From IMG/VR virus record IMGVR_UViG_2721755660_000004: a stretch of DNA of 45,337 bases; one strand, 5' to 3'. Positions 14,102 to 21,731 of this stretch are shown here, piece after piece. Positions within the stretch are counted from its first letter, which is position 1; each line of letters opens with the position of its first letter. This DNA comes from a virus. Taxonomy: Duplodnaviria > Heunggongvirae > Uroviricota > Caudoviricetes. The notes beneath the pieces are model-generated. The model had not been told where the DNA came from, ran no database searches, and saw only the letters and a list, made by a program, of their open reading frames with translations. The translations under genes were made by a program, and so were the position numbers.

Positions 14102-15673
14102 ATGGACACCTCACTTGCTCATGAGAATGCCCGCCTGCGGGCACTGTTGCAGACACAACAGGACACCATCCGCCAGATGGCTGAATACAACCGCCTGCTC
14201 TCACAGCGGGTGGCGGCTTATGCTTCCGAAATCAACCGGCTGAAGGCGCTGGTTGCGAAACTGCAGCGTATGCAGTTCGGTAAAAGCTCAGAAAAACTTC
14301 GTGCAAAAACCGAACGGCAGATACAGGAAGCACAGGAGCGAATCAGCGCACTTCAGGAAGAAATGGCAGAAACGCTGGGTGAGCAATATGACCCGGCACT
14401 GCCATCCCCCCTGCGCCAGTCTTCTGCCCGTAAACCGTTACCGACCTCACTTCCCCGTGAAACCCGGGTTATCCGGCCGGAAGAGGAATGCTGCCCGGCC
14501 TGTGGTGGCGAACTCAGTTCTCTGGGATGTGATGTGTCAGAGCAACTGGAGCTTATCAGCAGCGCCTTTAAGGTTATCGAAGCACAACGTCCGAAACTGG
14601 CCTGTTGCCGGTGCGACCATATCGTGCAGGCACCAGTACCTTCAAAACCCATTGCACGCAGTTATGCCGGAGCGGGGCTTCTGGCCCATGTTGTCACCGG
14701 GAAATATGCAGACCATCTGCCGTTATACCGCCAGTCAGAAATATACCGTCGCCAGGGCGTGGAGCTGAGCCGCGCCACGCTGGGGCGCTGGACAGGTGCC
14801 GTTGCTGAACTGCTGGAGCCGCTGTATGACGTCCTGCGCCAGTATGTGCTGATGCCCGGTAAAGTCCATGCCGATGATATCCCCGTCCCGGTCCAGGAGC
14901 CGGGCAGTGGTAAAACAAGGACTGCCCGGCTGTGGGTCTACGTCCGTGATGACCGTAACGCCGGTTCACAGATGCCTCCGGCGGTCTGGTTCGCGTACAG
15001 CCCGGACCGGAAAGGCGTCCATCCACAGAATCATCTGGCCGGTTACAGCGGTGTGCTTCAGGCCGATGCTTACGGTGGTTACCGGGTGTTATACGAATCC
15101 GGCAGAATAACGGAAGCCGCGTGTATGGCTCATGCCCGGAGAAAAATCCACGATGTGCATGCAAGAGTGCCCACCGACATCACCACGGAAGCCCTGCAGC
15201 GTATCGGTGAACTGTATGCCATAGAGGCAGAAGTCCGGGGATGTACAGCAGAACAGCGTCTGGCGGCAAGAAAAGCCAGAGCTGCGCCACTGATGCAGTC
15301 ACTGTATGACTGGATACAGACTCAGATGAAAACACTGTCGCGTCACTCGGATACGGCAAAAGCGTTCGCATACCTGCTGAAACAGTGGGATGGCCTGAAC
15401 GTGTACTGCAGTAATGGCCAGGTGGAAATCGACAACAACATCGCAGAGAACGCCTTACGGGGAGTGGCCGTAGGCCGGAAAAACTGGCTCTTCGCGGGTT
15501 CCGACAGCGGTGGCGAACATGCGGCGGTGTTGTACTCGCTGATCGGCACATGCCGTCTGAACAATGTGGAACCAGAAAAATGGCTGCGTTACGTCATTGA
15601 GCATATCCAGGACTGGCCGGCAAACCGGGTACGCGATCTGTTGCCCTGGAAAGTTGATCTGACCTCTCAGTAA
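14102..15673 (+). CDS. IS66-family transposase TnpC (orf3; 523 aa)
   Basis: N-terminal leucine-zipper region, CPACGG zinc motif, HLPLYRQ motif, and a DDE core ending ...[25 protein letters not shown]. Confidence 0.92.
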   Translation: MDTSLAHENARLRALLQTQQDTIRQMAEYNRLLSQRVAAYASEINRLKALVAKLQRMQFGKSSEKLRAKTERQIQEAQERISALQEEMAETLGEQYDPALPSPLRQSSARKPLPTSLPRETRVIRPEEECCPACGGELSSLGCDVSEQLELISSAFKVIEAQRPKLACCRCDHIVQAPVPSKPIARSYAGAGLLAHVVTGKYADHLPLYRQSEIYRRQGVELSRATLGRWTGAVAELLEPLYDVLRQYVLMPGKVHADDIPVPVQEPGSGKTRTARLWVYVRDDRNAGSQMPPAVWFAYSPDRKGVHPQNHLAGYSGVLQADAYGGYRVLYESGRITEAACMAHARRKIHDVHARVPTDITTEALQRIGELYAIEAEVRGCTAEQRLAARKARAAPLMQSLYDWIQTQMKTLSRHSDTAKAFAYLLKQWDGLNVYCSNGQVEIDNNIAENALRGVAVGRKNWLFAGSDSGGEHAAVLYSLIGTCRLNNVEPEKWLRYVIEHIQDWPANRVRDLLPWKVDLTSQ

Positions 15674-15703
15674 ATATCAATACGGTTCTGGCGAGCCGCT
15701 TAC

Positions 15704-15711
15704 GAACAACT
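15704..15711. repeat. Right copy of the 8-bp target-site duplication GAACAACT
   Basis: Matches 12992-12999 exactly. Confidence 0.85.
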
Positions 15712-15932
15712 ACGTAAACAGGCACAGGAAATGTTGCGACAGGCGGAACAACTGGAAAAAAACAGGTGTAACAAAAGATGCCATTCGTAAGGATATGGTG
15801 CCAGCGCTCAGGGAACTGATGCAGGCGAAACACCGCGCACAAAAAGCAGTGGATGAGCTGGTGGATTGTGTGGCAGAGCTGGAAACCAAAGTTGGAAAGT
15901 TTGAAAAACTGGTGCAGGAGGTGCTGCGCTGA
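15704..15932 (+). pseudogene. 3' remainder of the IS-disrupted small coiled-coil ORF. It also changes frame at an A7 run (15756-15762).
   Basis: The restored frame stops after 33 codons. The +1 frame then reads ...GVTKDAIRKDMVPALRELMQAKHRAQKAVDELVDCVAELETKVGKFEKLVQEVLR, with its stop overlapping the rusA ATG (TGATG). Confidence 0.5.
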
Positions 15933-16291
15933 TGCGCCATGAGTTTATTTTACCTTATCCGCCGACGGTAAATACTTACTGGCGACGTCGTGGCAACACA
16001 TATTTTGTATCAAAAGTCGATGAGCGTTATCGCCGTGATGTGGCGCTAATTGTTCGCCAGCAGCGGTTGAAATTAAACCTGTCCGGAAGGCTGGCGATAA
16101 AGATTATTGCAGAGCCACCGGATAAGCGCCGTCGTGACCTGGACAATATCCTGAAAGCACCACTGGATGCACTGACACATGCGGGATTGCTTATCGACGA
16201 CGAGCAGTTTGATGAAATCAATATTGTGCGCGGTCAGCTCGTTCCTGGTGGGCGGCTGGGCGTGAAGATTTACAAAATTGAAAGTGAGTGA
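15932..16291 (+). CDS. rusA: RusA Holliday-junction resolvase (119 aa)
   Basis: RusA hallmarks: PPTVNTYWRRRG..., DLDNILKAPLDALTHAGLLIDDEQ. Confidence 0.92.
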   Translation: MRHEFILPYPPTVNTYWRRRGNTYFVSKVDERYRRDVALIVRQQRLKLNLSGRLAIKIIAEPPDKRRRDLDNILKAPLDALTHAGLLIDDEQFDEINIVRGQLVPGGRLGVKIYKIESE

Positions 16292-16836
16292 GCGTAAATA
16301 TGATATACCCGGAAATTACAGGCAAAAGCGGTGAGCATTTACGCCTGAAAACTCTGGAAAGTGTCTGGCTCCAGGGGAAACTGCGTATGTGGGGGCGTTG
16401 GTCGTATATAGGTGGTGGCAAAACAGGAAATATGTTCAATCAGTTGCTGGCATCCAAAAAACTGACAAAAACCGCGATCAATGAAGCCATGCGCAAAATC
16501 AGGGAATCAGGGATTGATAAACCTGAACTGGAAGCATTCTTGCGTGAGATGATCGAAGGAAAGCAAAAAAGCTGGTTAACTCACTGCACTGATGCAGAGG
16601 CACTAAAAATTGATAGTGTTATAGGTGAAGTTCTGGCGGATCATCCAGGACTACTAAATGTCCTGAGTCAGCGTTATGTGGGGCGAGGGATGAGTAAGAG
16701 AAGGATGGCCGAGTTATTAAACGAACAGTACCCAGAGTGGGCGTTGATTACATGCCGACGTCGTGTTGATCAGTGGTTGCGTGTTGCTGAGTTCATTTTG
16801 TACTCACCTATGAGAGAAGCGTTCGATTATACTTAA
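16288..16836 (+). CDS. Putative late-gene antiterminator Q (182 aa). The start is ambiguous: GTG at 16288 or ATG at 16300.
   Basis: Position after rusA and before a promoter plus terminator pair. The LRMWGRW motif resembles the WGxW motif of Q82-type antiterminators. Confidence 0.6.
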   Translation: MSVNMIYPEITGKSGEHLRLKTLESVWLQGKLRMWGRWSYIGGGKTGNMFNQLLASKKLTKTAINEAMRKIRESGIDKPELEAFLREMIEGKQKSWLTHCTDAEALKIDSVIGEVLADHPGLLNVLSQRYVGRGMSKRRMAELLNEQYPEWALITCRRRVDQWLRVAEFILYSPMREAFDYT

Positions 16837-16843
16837 AAAATCA

Positions 16844-16872
16844 TTGCAAAATGAGCCACAAACTGCTTCAAT
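16844..16872 (+). promoter_or_regulatory. Putative late promoter PR'
   Basis: -35 TTGCAA (16844-16849), 17-nt spacer, -10 TTCAAT (16867-16872). It starts 8 nt after the Q stop. Confidence 0.45.
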
Positions 16873-16930
16873 TCCGGTACGCTCCGCATAGCTGTATCGC
16901 GAGGCGAATCAAGCGCATGAACTTTGATAC

Positions 16931-16955
16931 AACCCGCCATTGAGCGGGTTTTTTA
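16931..16955 (+). terminator. tR'-like intrinsic terminator (AACCCGC-CATTGA-GCGGGTT + T-run)
   Basis: 7-bp stem plus T6, about 75 nt downstream of the putative PR'. This is analogous to lambda 6S RNA/tR'. Confidence 0.65.
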
Positions 16956-17076
16956 TGTCCGAAAAACGGCAGAGAACATAAAACGTGCTGGTGGTTGCGA
17001 ATACTGGTCTTTCGGCTTGTATTTTTGTAAATCGATATATACTTATCTTGTGACCAGTAATGTCAGGGCAATTGAT

Positions 17077-17820
17077 ATGAATGAAGCCTGTTCTGTTGTT
17101 TTTGTTCATTCCCCGTTTGTTGTGCTCTTTGAAGGAAAAGAGCTCTCTCTTGAAAGTGGTAGTGCACTTCTTGTCAGGGGGGGAGCTGGATCGTTATTGC
17201 CCTTTTCGGAATGTTTTCGGCGAATAAGTCTCAGTGAATCGACAATTAGCCGTTACCTGTTGTGTGGAGACGAAAAACAGGATGTAGTTTTAGTCCGGCA
17301 AATACCACGATATCTTTGCGTGAGTTTTCCCAAGGCAGAATTGATGGGCATCCTGATTGATTATCTTTGTGAGGAAAAGATTCATACGGACAATTTAGCG
17401 GAAATGCTTTCCTTTTCGTGTCTGGCGTTTTTCTCATCAGAGAAAATGTTTTCGTCGTTTCTGACCGCGTGTATTAGCAATATTAGTGACAGGCTTAGTG
17501 CATTGTTTCGCACGGACATTGCAGCAAACTGGACTCTGAGAGATGTGTCTTCGCGGTTATGTATCAGTGAAAGTTTGTTAAAAAAAAGACTGAAAGAAGA
17601 AGGCACCTGTTTCAGTGAGTTGTTGCTTACAGAGAGAATGAGAATGGCAGCAATGCTGTTGAATCAATCTCGTTGCGCCATCAACAGAATCGCTGCCCAG
17701 TGCGGCTATAATTTTACATCTTATTTTATCAGCGTATTCAGGAGTTATTTTGGTGTTACACCGGCAGGTTACAGGATGGCTGCATTCAATGAGATGAGTT
17801 TAAGTGTTACTCAAGAATAA
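17077..17820 (+). CDS. AraC/XylS-family transcriptional regulator (247 aa from MNEACSV)
   Basis: C-terminal dual-HTH AraC signature (WTLRDVSSRLCISESLLKKRLKEEGTCFSELL...INRIAAQCGYNFTSYFISVFRSYFGVTPAGYR). The track's upstream extension crosses the tR' hairpin. Confidence 0.85.
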   Translation: MNEACSVVFVHSPFVVLFEGKELSLESGSALLVRGGAGSLLPFSECFRRISLSESTISRYLLCGDEKQDVVLVRQIPRYLCVSFPKAELMGILIDYLCEEKIHTDNLAEMLSFSCLAFFSSEKMFSSFLTACISNISDRLSALFRTDIAANWTLRDVSSRLCISESLLKKRLKEEGTCFSELLLTERMRMAAMLLNQSRCAINRIAAQCGYNFTSYFISVFRSYFGVTPAGYRMAAFNEMSLSVTQE

Positions 17821-17844
17821 TTGAATTTTGCACTCATTGAAAAC

Positions 17845-17869
17845 AGGCTCGCTGCGGCGGGCCTTTTTC
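17845..17869 (+). terminator. Intrinsic terminator after the AraC-family gene
   Basis: AGGCTCGC-TGCG-GCGGGCCT (one G.U pair) followed by TTTTT. Confidence 0.6.
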
Positions 17870-18005
17870 ATATCCGCGCCACGCCCGGCGCATATCAAAA
17901 ACCACAGAGCCTTTCAGGGGTGAGCTTACGGGATGGTCAGTGTGACTTTCTCTGTGGGCTGGTCACCCCAGGGCGCAGGCTCACCCACTAAAAGGAAAAG
18001 TCACG

Positions 18006-18431
18006 ATGTTTGGTATTTTCAAAAAGAAAACACGCAAGGCCATTACCGAAGTGAAGAAGATGGAGAATCGCGATGCAGTGGAGGCGACCGTCTGGGGTGC
18101 GTATTCCATTGCATATGCTGACGGCACCTGTGACGCGAAAGAAATCGCGGTACTGGAGAAAACCATTGCAGCACTTCCTGCCTTTGCGCCGTTCTCGGGT
18201 GAGATTGCACAAATGAGTGCAAATATCCGCGCCCGTTATGAAGCATCGCCGCGTTCTGCCAATGCCGAAGCCCTCCGCCAGCTGGCTGATATTGCAGGTA
18301 CTGATGACGCAGTTAATGTGCTGTGCCTGTGTCTGGATATCGCTGACCAGGATGGTATTGGTCCGGATGAAGAAGCACAGCTCAAGAAAATTGCTCAGGC
18401 GCTGCAGCTACCACTGGAGCAGTACCTGTGA
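18006..18431 (+). CDS. TerB-like (tellurite-resistance TerB fold) protein (141 aa)
   Basis: Two DGxxDxxE-type repeats (YADGTCDAKEIAVLEK; DQDGIGPDEEAQLKKIAQAL), as in the TerB family. SD AAAGGAAAAG. Confidence 0.7.
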   Translation: MFGIFKKKTRKAITEVKKMENRDAVEATVWGAYSIAYADGTCDAKEIAVLEKTIAALPAFAPFSGEIAQMSANIRARYEASPRSANAEALRQLADIAGTDDAVNVLCLCLDIADQDGIGPDEEAQLKKIAQALQLPLEQYL

Positions 18432-18592
18432 AAAGTGCGCGCCTTGTGCTGGCTGCCATCCTGCTGTTTCTGGTAGTGGCAGTGGATTTCACCGGACGGC
18501 TGATGTCGGTACTGGCAGATGGTGTGCTGGTGGCGGGGATGGTGATAATGGTGTTGCCTTTGCTGAAGAGTGTAAAAAATACACAGACGTGA
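18428..18592 (+). CDS. Possible small 2-TM membrane protein (54 aa, GTG start, hand-translated: VKSARLVLAAILLFLVVAVDFTGRLMSVLADGVLVAGMVIMVLPLLKSVKNTQT)
   Basis: GTGA overlap with the TerB-like stop. GGAG SD 8 nt upstream. Two hydrophobic helices. Below the ORF-track cutoff. Confidence 0.45.
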   Translation: MKSARLVLAAILLFLVVAVDFTGRLMSVLADGVLVAGMVIMVLPLLKSVKNTQT

Positions 18593-18786
18593 AATGTTAA
18601 ATCCATCACAATTAAGTTGATTGGGCATTGCTGGTTGACGGAGCTTTTGTTAGAAAAAATTTGCATGGTGGATCCCCCCGGGTGGTGGGCATATGAGTGA
18701 TGTATGTTTCTGTTCTGCTCCTTTATTATGCTGATTCGGGTACTGATACTGAATTCATCGGGAGGCACCCGGCACCATGCAAGCAT

Positions 18787-18809
18787 GCCCCTCTCCTGAG
18801 GGGCTTTTT
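18787..18809 (+). terminator. Intrinsic terminator (GCCCCTC-TCCT-GAGGGGC + T5)
   Basis: Perfect 7-bp GC-rich stem plus T-run. Confidence 0.65.
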
Positions 18810-18853
18810 ATATAAACAGGTTCTACAGATTCTATCAGACATGCGTAAACTTA

Positions 18854-19189
18854 TTATGGCCTGTGTCGTTTTAGTCCGTAGGGGCATATTTGCAGAATGC
18901 AACGGTTATTAAAGCATTCATTAAATACGTTATCTGAATTTGCAGGGCATTCCTGGCTGTTTTTGATTAAATCCCAGAATCTTTTATTGAATGGTACAAC
19001 GTTGTAAATGGTTACAGGTAGCACTTTGTTATTGAGTACGATACCTGTGTGAGTCAGCGTAAATATACTTTCAGGAGGTAAGAAAACATCCGATTGATAC
19101 CAGATTATTAATTTTATTTTACTCCATATGGCTGAAAAAGATATTCCACATGATGGCTGGATAACTGTATCAATCACAATCCACTTCAT
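18854..19189 (-). CDS. Hypothetical protein (111 aa) with a Cys-rich C-terminus, in a very AT-rich region
   Basis: AAGGA SD 6 nt upstream of the ATG. Orientation is opposite to the late operon. No family recognised. Confidence 0.6.
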   Translation of the reverse strand: MKWIVIDTVIQPSCGISFSAIWSKIKLIIWYQSDVFLPPESIFTLTHTGIVLNNKVLPVTIYNVVPFNKRFWDLIKNSQECPANSDNVFNECFNNRCILQICPYGLKRHRP

Positions 19190-19450
19190 TTAGTTTCCTT
19201 ATTTATGCCTTGCTGGTGATGTTCTGAAAAGTATAAATGATAATTTTGAATGTAAACCATAGAGCAGAACTGTTTTTCTGATTTTGTTTATTGTTTATTT
19301 AAAATGCAGGGTGGTTTATATCTCGTCTTGTAGTTTATCCATGCATATCTGCTTTATGATGAGGTTTTATTTAAGGTATGGTTTTGTGTTTTTTTCTGTA
19401 TTGCATGTCAGGTATTTTAAAGAATTATTTTTTAGATGGTGGAAAGAACC

Positions 19451-19786
19451 ATGGCATTTAAACACTATGATGTTGTCAGGGCGGCGTCGCCGTCAGATCT
19501 TGCGGAAAAGCTGACACACAAACTGAAAGAGGGCTGGCAGCCATACGGCGGACCGGTTGCCATTACGCCGTACACACTGATGCGGGCGGTGGCTATTGAA
19601 GGAGAGCCACAGGTCGGCCCTTCATCTGAGCCGGACTGGTTCTACGTGGTTGTGCTTACCGGACAGTCCAACAGCATGGCCTACGGTGAAGGGCTTCCGT
19701 TACCGGATTCTTACGATGCTCCGGATCCGCGCATTAAACAGCTGGCGCGCCGCAGCACGGTAACTGGCATTTTTAGCAGAGCCTGA
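19451..19786 (+). pseudogene. Truncated nanS-p-like gene: DUF1737 N-terminal domain plus the start of a sialate O-acetylesterase domain (111 aa remnant)
   Basis: MAFKHYDVVRAASPSDLAEKLTHKLKEGWQPYG (DUF1737-type) and LTGQSNSMAYG (GQSN esterase motif). It then terminates early after ...RRSTVT; full-length homologues are remembered as about 600 aa. Confidence 0.7.
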
Positions 19787-19813
19787 ATGCCATAATCACG
19801 GCTCCCGGAGTTG

Positions 19814-19850
19814 GCCGTCAGTGGGTGACACGGGCGGCTTTTTGTTTTTC
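19814..19850 (+). terminator. Imperfect hairpin plus T-rich tract upstream of the holin gene
   Basis: GCCGTCA-GTGGG-TGAcacgggCGGC followed by TTTTTGTTTTT. The structure is irregular. Confidence 0.35.
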
Positions 19851-19893
19851 TTTACTTTCATTTTCTGTCGGCGGGGACGGAGACATACATCAT

Positions 19894-20100
19894 ATGGAAA
19901 AAATTACAACAGGTGTGTCATACACCACGTCAGCGGTGGGGACGGGATACTGGTTACTGCAGCTGCTGGACAGGGTTTCCCCGTCTCAGTGGGCGGCAAT
20001 AGGCGTGCTGGGGAGTCTGCTGTTTGGTCTGCTGACGTACCTGACGAACCTGTATTTCAAAATTAAAGAAGACCGGCGTAAGGCGGCGCGGGGAGAGTAG
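19894..20100 (+). CDS. S: Phage-21-type class II holin (pinholin S21-like, 68 aa)
   Basis: [68 protein letters not shown] is near-collinear with the remembered S21 sequence. Confidence 0.9.
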   Translation: MEKITTGVSYTTSAVGTGYWLLQLLDRVSPSQWAAIGVLGSLLFGLLTYLTNLYFKIKEDRRKAARGE

Positions 20101-20103
20101 ACG

Positions 20104-20745
20104 ATGAACCATGAAGAAATGAATCAGCGCATAAGTTGCCTGGAAAATGAAATCACTGAACTGAATAAAAAACTGTCGGTGCTGATGGTTTCTGAAGATG
20201 AAAAAAAACGCCGCGATGAGCAGGAAGCAGCGTTTTACGATGATTGCATCAAAATTGCTCGCAGGACCTTTGCGAAGATTTTGCAGGAAAAGTTTTTACC
20301 GACCGCATTGTCAGAAAAGCACTCCATTACAGTTAAAAGTGCCGGAGAGGAAGGCAATAAACGTTATTTTATTGCGTCTGCACCGGATAAAGACCAGGAA
20401 TGGGGGGGGAATCGGCCATCTTTTATTGTGACAAGCGATGACTGGAATATCACGATCCGTGAAGATGGAAAAGTAACACCAGCATCGCACCAGCACAGTG
20501 AGGCGCTCATTGAATTTGCCATTGATTACCTGAAGAACAATAAAAAGCAGGGACTAATGAAGCGCATTGGTCGTTGCATGGGATATCTGCAGGTAGCTGC
20601 TGAGATTGAAGCGCTGGCCAGTGGTGCGGACAAGGATGCAGTTGTGCGGGAGGCTCTTCTTCGTGATTTTGATAATCCACCCTTTAAAAAAGTGCCGGCT
20701 TACTGGTTTCATCCAGGACTGACTTATCTTAAAGGACGTATATAA
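20104..20745 (+). CDS. Hypothetical protein (213 aa) with an N-terminal coiled coil, inserted between holin and endolysin
   Basis: The ATG lies 4 nt after the holin stop, with a GGAGAG SD. No family recognised. Confidence 0.7.
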   Translation: MNHEEMNQRISCLENEITELNKKLSVLMVSEDEKKRRDEQEAAFYDDCIKIARRTFAKILQEKFLPTALSEKHSITVKSAGEEGNKRYFIASAPDKDQEWGGNRPSFIVTSDDWNITIREDGKVTPASHQHSEALIEFAIDYLKNNKKQGLMKRIGRCMGYLQVAAEIEALASGADKDAVVREALLRDFDNPPFKKVPAYWFHPGLTYLKGRI

Positions 20746-20754
20746 GCTGGCTCG

Positions 20755-21069
20755 TTATCTGTTGCCGGATAATCGACGGAAGATGCGTTCTTTTTGTGAT
20801 TTGGCGTAATGATGATCCCACTCACATTCAAGGTAGTTTAATTCTTCGTTTAACCAGTCATTTATATTGTCTTTCAGACGTAGAAGCATGGCTGGTGTTA
20901 ATATTCTGGACATAATGTCGAGAGTTGGTGGTGTGAGGTGTCCATACGGTTCAGCCTGAATGGATTTTACTGCTTCGTGGTTTTGCTGAATGAGTTTAAG
21001 GAATGCTGATTTAAATTGTTCATTCATGGCCTGCATGCAGGCGGTATATTTATGTTCATCGTTATACAT
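20755..21069 (-). CDS. Hypothetical protein (104 aa from MYNDEHKY), convergent with the 213-aa ORF
   Basis: GAGGAT SD 8 nt upstream of the internal ATG at 21069. Its stop lies 10 bp from the stop of the plus-strand ORF. Confidence 0.6.
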   Translation of the reverse strand: MYNDEHKYTACMQAMNEQFKSAFLKLIQQNHEAVKSIQAEPYGHLTPPTLDIMSRILTPAMLLRLKDNINDWLNEELNYLECEWDHHYAKSQKERIFRRLSGNR

Positions 21070-21197
21070 TGCTAAATCCTCGACGGGAATTGTCAGATAT
21101 ATTTCAGCCATCAGGTAAAACACCAGTGCCCACCACTGGCGGGCTGAAGACTTAACATATCCAGGGATTCGGAACCGATAAATCCTGATAAATATCC

Positions 21198-21731
21198 ATG
21201 AACACCAAAATCAAATACGGTCTGTCGGCTGCCGTTCTGGCGCTGATTGCCGCAGGTGCGCCTGCGCCTGAAATCCTCGACCAGTTTCTGGATGAAAAGG
21301 AAGGTAACCACACAACGGCATACCGCGATGGTTCCGGCATCTGGACCATCTGTCGGGGTGCCACGATGGTGGATGGAAAACCCGTTTTTCCCGGTATGAA
21401 ACTGTCGAAGGAAAAATGCGACCAGGTCAACGCCATTGAGCGTGATAAGGCGCTGGCATGGGTGGAGCGCAATATTAAAGTACCACTGACCGAACCACAA
21501 AAAGCGGGTATCGCGTCATTTTGTCCCTATAACATTGGCCCCGGTAAGTGTTTTCCATCGACGTTTTATAAGCGGCTGAATGCTGGTGATCGTAAAGGTG
21601 CATGCGAGGCGATTCGCTGGTGGATAAAAGATGGTGGGCGCGATTGCCGCATACGTTCAAATAACTGCTATGGACAGGTTATTCGTCGTGACCAGGAAAG
21701 CGCATTAGCCTGTTGGGGGATAGATCAGTGA
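21198..21731 (+). CDS. R: SAR endolysin (R21-like lysozyme, GH24; 177 aa)
   Basis: N-terminal signal-anchor-release helix ([14 protein letters not shown]). The catalytic E...D...T region is [20 protein letters not shown]. Confidence 0.9.
   Translation: MNTKIKYGLSAAVLALIAAGAPAPEILDQFLDEKEGNHTTAYRDGSGIWTICRGATMVDGKPVFPGMKLSKEKCDQVNAIERDKALAWVERNIKVPLTEPQKAGIASFCPYNIGPGKCFPSTFYKRLNAGDRKGACEAIRWWIKDGGRDCRIRSNNCYGQVIRRDQESALACWGIDQ

Larger units (their letters stand above)
13000..15703 (+). mobile_element. IS66-family insertion sequence (2704 bp) with three ORFs
   Basis: Ends are GTAAGCG... and ...CGCTTAC, with imperfect inverted repeats (about 19 of 27 positions match). 8-bp TSD. Carries the canonical IS66 orf1/orf2(TnpB)/orf3(DDE transposase) trio. 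Confidence 0.9.

Noticed and set aside
16924-17076. Upstream extension of the AraC-family ORF (track start 16924)
   Set aside because: The extension would be translated through the tR'-like terminator hairpin. The internal ATG at 17077 gives a normal AraC-family length.
18669-18790. Cluster of common cloning sites (GGATCCCCCCGGG, GAATTC, GCATGC) suggesting vector or polylinker contamination
   Set aside because: The order and spacing do not match any polylinker I know. The SmaI-like run has an extra C, and the surrounding sequence is continuous with natural terminators. This is most likely coincidence.
21111-21500. Minus-strand ORFs (129 and 106 aa) over the endolysin gene
   Set aside because: They are antisense to a confidently identified SAR endolysin.
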